A stretch of 64,000 bases of DNA from Octopus vulgaris (lineage: Eukaryota): positions 132,246,001 through 132,310,000 of the forward strand of contig OX597815.1 of assembly GCA_951406725.2 (NCBI GenBank), written 5' to 3'. A program made the position numbers and the translations under genes. This document shows, piece by piece, positions 40,599 through 55,362 of the stretch. The notes beneath the pieces were generated by a model. That model did not search any database. It saw only the letters and a program-made list of their open reading frames with translations, and was not told the origin of the DNA. The first letter of the stretch is position 1; the number at the start of each line of letters is the position of its first letter.

Positions 40599-41720
40599 AC
40601 CGACACCTTCACCTGCACTTCTACCAATGTCATCTACTGTATCTCCTGCTCGCCCTATACATCAGGCAAACGGGACGCTGCTTGGATGACCGGTTCGCGG
40701 AACACATCCGAGACATGTAACTCGACAATGACACCCCGTCTCGCGCCATTTCCGCTCAACAGGTCACTCTTTGCAATACCTGTCTGTGTTCGGATTGTCC
40801 GTGCACAGGGTCCATCGGGAATTCTGTTTGCGCCGTGAACAGGGATTAATGTTCTCTCTTCTTTCCTTTGCGCCACATAGGATCAACTATCCTTCCCTCT
40901 TCATCTAACCTCCTCCCCGCTCCTCTCTACTTCCTCCTACTCACCTCTCCTCTGTTACTCCGACTCCTACTCCTACTTCTTCTCTTCACTCTTACTCTCC
41001 TCTCTTCTCTTCACTCCTATCCACCTTCACCCTTCCCCCTCTCCCTTCATCATCACCCCTCCCTCGTAACACCTCGCCCACAAAATCCAACCCCACCTTC
41101 CCTAACCATCCCATCCCACCCCATCCTTTACACCCCCTCCCACACACACAACCTCTACCTCCACCGTCAGGCTACCCGCGTACCCCACCTCTACCCTCAC
41201 CCTTAGTTTAACCCACACCCCACCCTTGCTTTCCCCACTCTCGTCACCCCCACATCCCAACACCACCACACCAGGCCACAAACCACTACACCAAACCACA
41301 TACCACCACATCACATCACATCATACCACCACGCACACACTAGCACTGACCACTTCACAGCCCCACATACACACACGCACGCGTGAAGGTCACCAGCCCT
41401 CTTCATCACGCAGATACATGCTCGCTTATACACACGCACACGCACCTTCGTTTTGAGAACACCACTACTTTATTATCTCCCTTTCTTCCTAGGTCTCCTG
41501 TGTGACCCCTTTGTCCGGCATTCGCCATGATAGATCGTTAGCCACTATACATTCTTTATTTCTCTCCTTGTTTCTTTCTTTGTTCCTTTCTGTGGAAGAG
41601 CGTACGCTCAAAACGTTAACGACTTTTTCACTTCCCGAGCGTTAAACTAATACATCTATTTGTTCTCTACCACACCAGTCTTCCTATTTTGTTTTCGTTT
41701 TTTTTTTTGTCAATTCTTCC
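40599..41720 (+). mobile_element. 5'-truncated Penelope-like element: GIY-YIG fragment + 3' UTR with variant HHR (41586-41621), ends in (TA)n
   Basis: FTCTSTNVIYCISC then, frameshifted, YIRQTGRCLDDRFAEHIRD and SRHFRSTGHS. Confidence 0.8.
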
Positions 41721-42467
41721 TATATATATATATAGCTAAAAACTTGTGCCTATGTTTTAAACCCTTGTGATACCAATCCTTCCAAGGTGGGAAGAACAAA
41801 GACTTAAATGTGAATGAAAGTTCTAGCTATGAGCATCACTAAATGCTCAATATGTTCTGAGTATGTCAGTCAAATATTTAGTGTTAAATATAAATTATTG
41901 CATAGATTAGATGGAATTTGATACAAAGCAATCATGTAAACATTTCTATAAAGTTTCAATGGATGTTGTTTCAACTGGCCTCGGCTATTTCAACATATAA
42001 AAACAACGATGCTATTCTGTCTTACTCTGATGTTTCATTTATCCCTTACACATGTAATTATGAATCTATTTGTTGTTTTTTTTTATGCTGGAACATTTGT
42101 GACTCAGTTTTTACCGCTCACATGTGTGATTAATTTGGTTTCAAATTTTAGCATAAAGCTAGCAATTACGAGGAGGAGGTAAGTCGATTATATCCCCCCA
42201 TCCCCCCAGTGCTCTAGTGGTATTTATTTTATCTACGGAGAAAAGATGAGCTGCGAAGTCGACCACGGCGCTATTTGAAGTCAGAATGTAATGACGGACG
42301 AATCGCTGCCAGGTATTTTGACTGGTGTGCTAACGATTCTGCCAGCTCAACGCTTTACCGAAGAGATTAATTTGAATAGTAGGTTTGCCGCGTACCGTTG
42401 TTCCGAAGACCTATATATCGATTGACTACTTTTCTGCTTTTCAGTTCGTTATGTATCCAATAACCGC

Positions 42468-42541
<74 letters not shown>

Positions 42542-42669
42542 ATACATATATATATATATATGTATATATACACTCACACACAGACACAGACTCACACACA
42601 GACACACACACACATATATATATATGTATATGTATATATATATAAATTCCTATATACTCATACACAGGA

Positions 42670-42702
<33 letters not shown>

Positions 42703-44124
42703 TCAGGTGAGTATATTTATGTGTGAATGCTTTTAAGTATTATTCTGTCTCCTTTTCTTTCTTTCTCTCCCCTGTTTTCTCTGTTTGGTCTCCTCACTCT
42801 TTATCTTACACTCCATATTGCTATCACCATATATCTATTACAAGAGCGATCGTTTCCCCCCAACCTCCAGCCGCGCCTCCTAAAATCCAGACACCTTTCA
42901 GCACAGAACGATCTGTTAATGTGATTAAAACCCTCCTATATATCAACACACAATATAGCACTCTATTTTCATTTTTGTAGTTCTTCCTTCTTTCCCACTG
43001 AATCAGTAAGATTCCGTCACACACACACACACACTCTCTCTCTCCTTCTCTTACTATCTCTCTTTTTCGCAAACACACACGCACACACTTGAATTATCTA
43101 ATCTATATCTTTCTTAAGTTTATTTCTCCAATGTGTAACACTTTCTTTACATATCTCTAATATCAGATAATGTCGAGTATAACAAGAGTTTAATTACTCT
43201 AACTACAAACTACAGCGAATGTTGGTTGATACGGAAAACTACTTAGTGCGCCGGGAACATTAAACATCGAACTCCCACATCATTAACATAAGCATTAATT
43301 CTACTGGCATCACGTTACTCAAAGCAATAATGTCAGATGCAATAAAATAATGACAGCTTCTGCATCAAGACGGTTGTGATGAAAAGGAAATGACTATAAC
43401 GAGAGAGTGCCAGAAAACATAAGATCGCCACTTGTTACTAGTGTGGGTGTTATGCAACACACACATGCACACACACATACACACACACGCTAACACACAC
43501 ACACACGTATAACATTATATATGTTATATGTATATGTATATGTCTCATATATATATATACACATATATATATGCATATGTATATCTAACTATATATATAT
43601 ATATATATATATCTATGTATGTATGTATATGTATATGTATGTATATATAAGGATACACGTGTATATATATATTTATATAAATACATATATGTACATTTCC
43701 ACACACGCAGACACACACACATATACAAACTCTCATATACACACTTCACACAAGTAGTTACACTTATATTCAGACACGCATCATATACATGTGTGCGTGT
43801 GTGTATGTGTGTGTGCGTAATCTGCTTAAGATTCATTTTCACTGACTGTCTCTTCAATAGAGTTTTAATGATAGAATAAACCGTCACTCAGGTGAAACTT
43901 ATCATCCGGGCTTTTTTGAGATTTATATGAAATTTACTCTTGATTTATAATGGAGTTTCGCTTCAAGTTAATATTCTGTTTTTATTCTTAAAACCTTTAA
44001 AATAATAAACAAAAGCACACATATACAAATATATCTCTCTATATATACACACATAGTTACCACTGAACTCAAATAGATTGATACACAAATATATGCCCTC
44101 AGATATAAATACGTATATATGTAT

Positions 44125-44222
<98 letters not shown>

Positions 44223-44581
44223 TTAATCCAAACATGAACAAAGAGAAAATACAACAACGTGAGAACGTGGAACAAGTATAGTGTTATTGGACGCTCAGGA
44301 AACGAAAGAAAGGAAGAAGGAGGATTTAACCTTTCGAGAGGAGCTCAAGGAAGGGAAGACGGAGAAAGAAAATCGCTAACCATACACACGCGATCACATA
44401 TTGAATATATATATATATTCGGTGCGAATTTTTTTGTTATACGGTACCGATTATTACAATCCTCTAAATACCAATAATGATATTTATTTAAGATATAAGC
44501 TTATATTCATCACCGTGCTATGTCAAAGGAAAATAATCTAATAATGGGGCATATAAGCTCTCAACAGAAAAGCTGGCTTCC

Positions 44582-44652
44582 CATCCGCGTGAGACTTGAA
44601 CCCAGAGACCTTTGTTAGCCCAACTACGTATGTTACCATTACACCAGTGAAT
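44582..44652 (-). other. tRNA-like head (pseudogene or SINE head)
   Basis: Minus strand TGGTGTAATGG ... GGTTCAAGTC boxes; no convincing cloverleaf. Confidence 0.35.
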
Positions 44653-44795
44653 TAGCCTCCCTGTTCCTGTCAATTTAAAAAAAACTATATTAGTTCGTAG
44701 TTGCTTATTGTAAACAAACCCCTATGAGATTTTGGTGTGAATGATTTTGTGCACACACGTACACACACACACATACACACACACACGCGCGCGCG

Positions 44796-45688
<893 letters not shown>

Positions 45689-46134
45689 TTGTAGAATACA
45701 CCTATAAGGTTGTATTTCCGCGTTAACCCCTTGGTGAAATCATTAATGATTTTTACCCTTTATTATAACATATATGTGTGCGTGTGTGTGTTTGTCTGTG
45801 TCTGTGTCTGTGTCTGTGTCTGTGTCTGTGTGTGTGTGTGTGTGTGTGTATACATCCACATCTGTTTGCTATTTAAGCAACCAGTAAAATACAATTTTCA
45901 GTTTGATAACAGCTACTTGAAGCTCGAAACTCATATCGGAGTCACTAACTGTAAACATTATTATGAAGATTGAAATAATAATAACCCAACGAAAAAATCC
46001 ATCTCTACTCACTTTTTCAAATATACATAAAGCTGTACAAAGAACTTTCATTTTATTATTCCACTATATATATAACAATGAATCATGCAACTCTCCTCTA
46101 ACAAATAGTATAGATTCTACTTACCCTATATTGC

Positions 46135-46363
46135 CTAATAAAAGTTGGAGAAGATCGATTCTTTGGTTTACACCCCCATTCACTTTAAACGTTAAAGGCT
46201 CAGCCAAAACCTTTTTTTTTCAAATTGTAGACTCTAAGTTCTTACGTCACCATAAATACCATATAATCTTAAACAGATCTACTCTGAAACTATCCTACTA
46301 CTCTCCGCCCACTATGGAATCTATTGTTACCTCATGTAATAAGCGTAAACTTAATTCTTACTA

Positions 46364-46367
<4 letters not shown>
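46135..46367 (+). pseudogene. PLE RT-to-endonuclease linker fragment (Hydra-clade-like), ends at (TA)n
   Basis: RRSILWFTPPF...HHKYHIILNRSTLKLSY fits IIWFNPPF...HKIFNRNTVKxSY. Confidence 0.7.
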
Positions 46368-46409
<42 letters not shown>

Positions 46410-46614
46410 CATAACGTTGGTCAATACAGCGAAAACACTAACACCGAATGCGATAGCGTATCCCACACCCGTAAATGTTGCACTATAACCAATATGAACC
46501 AGGATACGAACATTCCCGCTTCCGAGGAACGTCGGAGAACTGCTAAAACGAATGTTAATACAAGTGCTAATAATTCTAATACGACCACTACCAACACCAC
46601 CACTACTATTACTA

Positions 46615-46635
46615 CAACTACTACTGCTACTGCTG

Positions 46636-46728
<93 letters not shown>
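46615..46728. repeat. Compound (CTA)n(TAA)n microsatellite
   Basis: Direct reading. Confidence 0.95.
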
Positions 46729-46730
<2 letters not shown>

Positions 46731-47200
46731 GCTCTGATGCAGTACCAGACAGTGGCTCTCATGGCTTCTGATCTTAACTGATTGGAAGTGTTATCATGTA
46801 CATTGTTTTGTCTTGGTATAAAAGATTGGCTACAGCAAATATTCTGCTCAATACAACAGATTTGCTTGTCAGTTGTTTGACCTTAACCAGTTGAGCATGT
46901 CCTGTGGCTGACGATATGTGCATCTCTGATCACGAGCAGAAGTAGTGGGGGAGCATCATAGCCATGTGTTGAGAGGGATTCTTTGGGGTTTGAATAATTC
47001 ACCCCTGGAAACATGGGTGGTTCTTTCAACATCCTTAAACAACCCTTATTCAGGGACCTTTTGAGCGGGATGGGCTACTCAACCTGAAGAAAATTCTAAC
47101 TGGACCCCACCTGCAAGGTCATGTGCTGTCTATCTTGATATGAGATCACCATGTCGCGCACATATGGTTGTGATGCATGTGCCTGGTGTACCCTTATCAT
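46729..47200. mobile_element. Unclassified interspersed repeat adjoining the (TAA)n tract
   Basis: GC-richer non-coding block abutting a trinucleotide tract; only one copy in the window. Confidence 0.4.
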
Positions 47201-47236
47201 AGTGAGAAGGCATTCTCACTATGGGAAGGCATGCGA

Positions 47237-47275
<39 letters not shown>

Positions 47276-47311
47276 TACAAACATACACATACACACACAC
47301 ACACACACACT

Positions 47312-47362
<51 letters not shown>

Positions 47363-49151
47363 CCAATACACTTGTTATTCATACACTTGACTTCGTCTTT
47401 TGTTTTTGTATAAATTTCAACTATGTACAATATGTATGTTTTGCTCCTCTTACAATCCTGACACACATATAAACATCCATGCATTCATGCAAACTCTCAT
47501 ATCACTAAATATATGTCTATTTCGATGTAGGTGTACATCATATATCGAAATAATTAATGGTTATACAGTTATTTTCACATGGCAGTTACGTAAATAGTTT
47601 TCATACATCTCACTTCACAGCCATCTAGCTTAAAATATTGATTAATATTTATGTTAATATTTCTGTCCTGTACTCTCTCCCTATGACGTTCGTCAGCGGC
47701 TATGCACTAGAAATGATTGGTCCTCAGAAAATAAGAAAATCACTTTCATGAACAATTAATAGGTATTAATATCGAAAATAAAATCGATCAGACGTAAAAT
47801 CATAGTAATTGAAGACTTCGCTGCAGAAATCCGTTGACATTTTGAAGTATGTAAACGTTTAGGACATCAGAAGATTAGAGACAGTCGAACGTCAATTTTT
47901 TGGTTACCAAAGTGCAATTAATTGAATTCCATTGTTTAAACACGTCTTATATTGACATAAAATATTTCACAAATGTGTCAAGAAGTGGCGCACGATGTTT
48001 AAATTAGGAGGAAATATTTGAATTCTGCGAGAGACGTCAGGATTGTAAGAGGAGCAAAATTTGACAAAATACCATTATCTTTAAGAAGTGAATTTAATAA
48101 TTTAATCCAAAGGACCAAAGGAAGAGAGTAGAAATTTCAGCGTTGAGGAGACTTGATGTTTCAAATGTTATTGAAAGCTATGTTAATGTCAAAAAGGAGT
48201 AAATTTTAAACAAACTTGAGAATGATAGTAAATGGAACGTCTTTGAAAACAAATTGCACCAAATTTCAAAAGAAGAGTTGGATATTACGATGTCACCTCC
48301 ACAAAAGAGAACCTACGTGACGATAATAAGAAACAGAGAGAACTTTATTATCTTTGCAATGAGAACTACGAGATCAACTCAATCAAAAGGAACATTTATT
48401 GGACTAATGTCAAGTGGCTGTGTGTTAAGAACCAACCACATGGTTCCAGGTTCAGGCTCACTGCGTAGCCGTCTTGGCCATATGTTTTTGCTATAGCTTC
48501 GGGGCAATCCAATACTTGTGAGTGAATTTCGAAGGCAGAAACTTAAAAAAAAAGACTCGTTGTATATATATATATATATAATTAAATACGTACCATTACC
48601 ATTATTAATAATAATAAAGATGTGGTTTTTGAGCGATAGAACTGATAATAACAGGTGGTATTTTAATACCCAACTGAATTTTGCTTATATTTTACCAATA
48701 ACGGTGTAAACTTGCTAGCCACTTTATTATCATCATTATTATAATTAATAATAATGGTACTGATACCTATTTAACTTTAAATTATACTAGCTCACGATAT
48801 GTTCGTTTTGATTGTCGTGGGACATTCAAATGTACGAACGCACACGGTGTAATGTGACGAATATTTCAGAAATAGGTGTTGTGTCGTTAAGTTTGGCTAA
48901 CGAACGTAAGTTTTTCATACAGAAAGCGAAATGAATTGATCCCGGAATATACGCATTCCTTACTTCTGTAGTTCACACAAGGTAAGCCTATTTCTGTTAT
49001 GCTTTTTGCATTCGCCGTGTGCATTTTAATAGTGAGTAATTTGTGGTTTTAGAGCGATAACTCTGTTTATAGCGAGTGGTATTTTTAATACTCCACTGAA
49101 TTTTGTATACATATATATATACATACACACATATATATATATATATATACA

Positions 49152-49192
<41 letters not shown>

Positions 49193-49879
49193 CATTGTGT
49201 CTGTATTTGTTCACCACCACCACTTGACAACCGGTTTTAGAGTGCTTACGCCCCAGTAAGTTAGCGGTTCAGCCAAAGTGACCGATAGAAAATAGAAAGA
49301 AACATAAATACTAAGGTTGATTGATTCGACTAAATATTCTTCAAGACGGTACCCGATCTTGGCCGAAGTCTAATGACTGAAATAAATAAAAGATGAAAGT
49401 TATTAAGTGAAAGTTTCAGAAGGAAATCAAAAGCATTCACATACTATCATGTCTTTTCAAGATTAAATGGGAGAGCACAATGCAGTGGATGGAGAATATG
49501 CAGGTCCAGTGGAGGTGCAAATCAGGGTGTTATAACTGCTCTTACTCTCTTTGTCACATACATCATTATAGTTTTCTTTTTCTTTTTTGCATCGCTTTCA
49601 AAACCAGTTATTTCCCCTTCTTCATGACTAATAAGTTATTCAACTACAAAATGCTTAACTCCACATTACAAACTGAATTTTTGACACGAAAGTTTTGTAC
49701 GCTGATGGCGGTGATAGTGTTGAACATAATTAAAACGCTTGTCAAAATCTCACAGCAAAAATGCCACTGGGATCTAACATGTTTGTGGTCCCAATAAAAA
49801 TTTTTGAAAACCGTCCTTCTTTACCAGCCCTGCTCTGGGAGAAAAAAAAAACTTTCATGGTTCCTACATTTATGGTATA

Positions 49880-50225
49880 CTAGCAGTATTGCCCGTTTTT
49901 ATATCTTGATTTTTTTATTTTTCATGCAATTTACGCATGCTTGCACGCGTAGTAAACATAGTTCACGTCAAACAGCGGACTGAGTATAGTTCACTATTCA
50001 ATGCATGGGATAAAGCCTAAACAAACACATTATCGATTTTTGCACTTGCGAGATGAATTTCGGAACAGAAATAGCGCAGTTCAATTTTCATTCGCCTAAA
50101 CTTTAAGTGACCCATTTTTTGTGGTTCTACGATTTGTTGGCTAGGAGATGTGCCGGGAAGTTAAACACACAGACACAAACACAGATACACACACAGACAC
50201 ACAAGTTGAGTTTTATATATATAGA
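49880..50225 (-). mobile_element. Non-autonomous Helitron
   Basis: Minus strand A|TCTATATATATAAAAC ... CGGGCAATACTGCTAG|T: TC and CTAG termini at an AT target. Confidence 0.75.
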
Positions 50226-51319
50226 TATTAAAACTTTGAAAACGTATCGTTCTTCAGATACTTTGATTTTTTTTGAAAGGGATAAAAATAGAATTTTTTT
50301 CTTTTGGAAAATAATAAAATTCGTTATGGTCTAAACGCTATAAATGACACTACTATATCTTTTTCCAAAATACACTTATCTGTCATACTGTATTGGCGGC
50401 GTTATATTCAAAACATGTTAAATAGTCGGAAGGTTCACATCTAAAACGTCTTGACAAAATTCGGCGTGGATCCTCTAGAGACAGCGTGAATAGTATAGAG
50501 TAGTATTGAGTTTTGAGAATTAGATAAGGTTGTATGTGACTGAGTTTTAGGCAGACTTCCTATTCTTTCATTTTCTATAGAGTTGGAACATGAAAGAATT
50601 CTAAAGCCTCTAGTCTATAGAGAAAATATTCTAGAGAATGAATCCCCCACTAGACACAATCACATAATTAATTTAAGGTACAAATATTCTTCAAGTCTGT
50701 TCTGAAGAAAATATTCATGTGAAACGTTTTGCAACTTGCTGTTGACTGACCATCATAGACAAAAATAGGTAACCGACGCATCCATGCATTTTGCAGATAA
50801 CTGCATTAACCACGCAAAATTTATATGAGTGCAGGGAAAAGAAACACTATAAATATTACGATTCTTGTCAAATGTTCAACTTATAACCAAGTGTAATATA
50901 GTAAAGTTCGTTTTATGTGTCATTCGAGGACACATGAACCAAAGCAAGCTAATAACAAATAAACTGCCAACCTGAAAGATAATATGCCTGACATTCATAT
51001 AATAAACGCTTTCTTTTTGTCAGTGGCTAAATAAACTCGTGCCGACACATAATGCCGATCTCCATGATTCTGTATAGTATTCAAGTGAGAAGAGCCATTT
51101 AGGTAATACACGTGTTAAACGAGGCAAATCGTTATCGAGTCTAAAAAGATATTGTCTTGCACCTCATTGGCACATAGTAATACACATAATCAAACTGATT
51201 TTTATCCTACATACATCCATTACGCATGCGCACACACGCACACACACATATAGACATATATACAAACGCATACATACCGAAAACACACGTGTTTCACCCC
51301 ACACCCCCACACATACATA

Positions 51320-51405
<86 letters not shown>

Positions 51406-53129
51406 CACACCTGGCATTTGACAATTTGCTTCCTATTTCAAAGTAGGCGAATAAGAGCTGTTATTTTTATATTTCCAGCCTGAAGTATTTTCTTCAACAA
51501 GCACTGTTTTCCATATTATTGTTCTTGCCACCGAAACCTATTTCTATGATTTATTGCACAGAGTAATCATGATTCTGATGCTACTCACGGCACCATTGCT
51601 TTCACCGTTATTATCGCGCTAACTTCCGTGCAGTTTCTTTTAACAATACTAAAAATGCTATCGTATTCACAACACTTTTGTTATGGATCTGTAAACGTCT
51701 TTGTTTTTAAACTTTAGTGCTTGACATATTCCCCTCCTTTCCTTTCTTGTCTCTTGGTTTGTTTGTGTCTGCATATGCAGAGGAAACAATTATTAATGAG
51801 ATGAGAGAGGAAAAAGATTTTTGTTCCTTATCCGTTGTATTGGAAAATAGATTGACAGGGAAGAAAGAACAGGGAATAACTTTTATCGCTCAGCCTAAAT
51901 ATCAACTACATTTTACGATTTATGATCTGTCGGAATATTTCATTCCATTTTCCTGTTGCTTCGCTTCTTGTGTCTTTCTTTTGTTAAGAATGCTTGGTTT
52001 CTTTTTTTTGTTGAAGTACTTGCACAAAGAATCAATTTCAAATCCGTAGGGGTTATCATATTACACATTAAATAGGTAGATCTTTTAGAGTGGAAAGTAA
52101 TACATAGAAGTTATAAAGTGAGAAAGGGAAAATAAGACGACTTCCTTGAAGAAGAAGATGAAGAGATGAGATGGAAATTCATTGAAAATTTTAGTATGGT
52201 GTATGGTAAAAACGTAAGAAAGGACTGAGTGGAAGTTTATATGAAATGTGAGAAACTAAGCAGGGAGAAGAGAAAACTAGAAAAGAGAGGGAAAGGTATA
52301 ATCGCATGCTTTAAATAGAGGAGTTACTTGATATGAGAGAATGAATGGGAGAGAGAGAGGGTAATAGTATAAAGTAGGAGAATGATTAGGATGATTTAGC
52401 GATTGAAGTATGAAACAAGAGATTTTCAGGTGAATGAGTGACGAAATGGAAGCGTAAATAAGGGAAGGAAGAAAGGAGTAAGGAAGAAAGAAATCGATAA
52501 CAAAATGAAGTGTAAAAATTTTGTAAAGGTAGAAAATGGATGGTGAAGATGTGAGTGCAAAGTTCATTGAAGAGGTGAAGACGGCAAATATAGATGTAAA
52601 ATTGATGTGACGCGAAACTAATGGGAGAAAAATTGTGTAGAATATACAGAACGCATAAGAAGATAGAAACAGTGAAGTATGATAGAAAGAATGGGTTGGC
52701 TTGAAAAAAGAAAGGGAAAAAACCAAAATGAAACTTATTTTAGAAAGGTGAAAGAAATCGTTAACAAAATGCTTGAGAAGAGTAACAGGGTAATGATAAT
52801 TGAGGTGAAAGCATGGTGACGTAAACTGAATTCGGGAAGTTGTCGAAAGAGATACAAAGATAGAAACAGGAGATACAAAGATAGAAGCATGACTTCACCA
52901 CCAAATAGATGAGGAAATGATAACAATATGACAGTAGCAGTGGCGTAGCTTATAAAGGAACAAGTGGATCAACCGTCCCACTCCCCGACCACATTTTTTT
53001 AAATTGGCACCTTTTGTACTATGTACAATCAATGAGTTGAAAATCGTGTGATCTCTGTCACGTTGCCTTTATGCTCGCTCACTAAGACTTTTCTGGATAG
53101 CAGGATTTTATTATAATGAATGTAAATAT

Positions 53130-53345
53130 TCTTTTCTACTCTAGACACAAGGCCCGACATTTTTGGAGAGGAGGGCCAGTCGATTAGGTCGATCCCAGAC
53201 GCAACTGACACATAATTTATCGACCCGAAAGGATGATAGGCAAAGTCGAACTCGGCGGAATTTGAACTCAGACCGTAAAGACAGACGAAATACCGCTAAG
53301 AATTTCGCCTGGCATGCTAACGTTTCTGCCAGTTCACCGCCTTTG
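53130..53345 (-). mobile_element. Meta/MESC-like tRNA SINE, well preserved
   Basis: Reverse complement of the 10229 unit, including GGCGGTGAACTGGCAGAAACGTTAGC. Confidence 0.85.
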
Positions 53346-55326
53346 AATGTAAATATTGACGTTTCGAGGGCATAATTAGTAAATATACAAAATGTAACCT
53401 AACAACAAAGCTAGATATACAAACATGATTTAATATTAAGTTATTCAGTCATTCAGTTTCCATTGCAGGCTACCTGTTTCTATGAAATTTTCTGATGAGA
53501 TTGTGCAGCAGGTTATTGAAATGGTAAACTCGCTGCAATGAACTGAAGTTTCAGTTTACTATGTGCATGTATGTATCTCATCACAGATTGCGAACATCAT
53601 TTGTCAAAAACATACGCAAGTCCACTAATTAATTCACAAAATAAATAATTTTTAGATCATTTGACCAGTCAAGAAATTTGTTCGTTCACGTCATCCAATT
53701 GTTGTGTACCACATTGTCAGTAACGTGCCTTCATCTGCCTTTTTCAGTTGAAGTGTAGAAAATTTGTTTCAAAATTTCAAATTATAGTCGACCGTAATAA
53801 TAAAAAAAAGACTATACAAACTTCTTAGTGAACATATTTAAACGTGAATACATAGACACGGGATTAAGCGATCACAAAATATCACACATTAAACCTAAAA
53901 GTACATTACAATTCTTTCTTTGATGCGTGAGCTAATCTTTCATTTTAAGGAAAATGAAAGGTTTGTCTAGAGTGAAACTCGGTTGTACATTCCACACACC
54001 AAAAAACATAACGCATTTTCATCAGCGCTAAATAACTCTCTAAGAAGAGTTCGAAGGTCATTTCGTATTGGAGTAGCAGATTATCGGGTTGAGTATCTCC
54101 ATTGTTTTGTTTTATCCTTTCACATTTGTTGTTTAAATCTCACTAGAAACATCCTTGCATTATTACAGCTTTAATTTCAGAACTGAATTGTACTCCGTTC
54201 TACCTTAACCGCTACTGTATTTTTCGTTGCACATTCACAACTGATTTCATAACAAAAGACCAATGGTGTGATTAGGACACGGCTGGAAAAAGTAGAAGAT
54301 GTATGTCCATGGTCAACATTTATGAGCGAAAATCTGAATGATTATATCAAATAAAATTGTTCGGTGGAATATATCGTTTGTATCCTTATATATAGTCTTC
54401 AAAAAACACAATGTACATCACTGTCAATAGGAGCCAGATGGTAGAAAAAAACTAATAGCACAATAGAAAGGGAAGAGGTAATTCATTAGATTTCATTACG
54501 TGATAGATTCGATTCCGGTTGGTGGTGCATATGTACTTTCCCAACCTGTTGCAAAGACCGTCAGCCATAACAAATATATCATTTTCTATAGTACCCACCT
54601 CTTGTTTTATCAACAGATTTGAATGTGATATTATTACCAGGCTTCAATGTGAAATCAGATTTCTCGCGATTTATAACCCATCGGCATTTAATACCTACAA
54701 ACTAATTAGTCTAGATATTAAATAATTTTCTCTCAGCTTCTTTCAGGTTAGAGGCATACGAGGTATATAAAGCGTCAAATGAGAGTTACAAAAATAGCTT
54801 TGTCTTTGGAGAGAAGTGAATACTAGCTGTACTAGCTGTTGGGATAAGAAACACTCAGAATGACTTATAAGTATGTTTCGATATATAAGAATAAATAGTT
54901 GGTCGTGGATACTCAAAATATCTTTTTCAAACAAAGCCCTGCCTTCAAAATTTTACTCGCAAAGTGAATGCCATATATATATATATATACATATGTGTGT
55001 GGGGGGGCGTAGGAATAAAGTTCTTGGCGATGTATAGTGATAGACGAATTGAATCAGAAGTAATGGTGTAATCTTTATAGAAAGATTGAAAGACTTTGAA
55101 TTTTCCTTAGGAAATGAGACAGAATGCTGCTTATGTCCTTGTTTTTCTTTTTCTATGTGTGTTGTTATCCACAATGCCCTACCCTCATACATACACATGC
55201 ACAAAAAATATCCTGACAAAAGGAATTAAGCAATATTGTACCGTTTCCTTTGGATAAATCAGACTTTTTATATCCGTATATAAATAAGGATAGTTTCATT
55301 AGTTCTGAGTGCAGATCGTTATCATT

Positions 55327-55362
<36 letters not shown>

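Noticed and set aside
44582-44652. Functional tRNA gene
   Set aside because: A and B boxes are present but acceptor and anticodon stems do not pair convincingly
52100-52930. Purine-rich block, possibly an old LINE remnant
   Set aside because: No reliable motifs could be recovered
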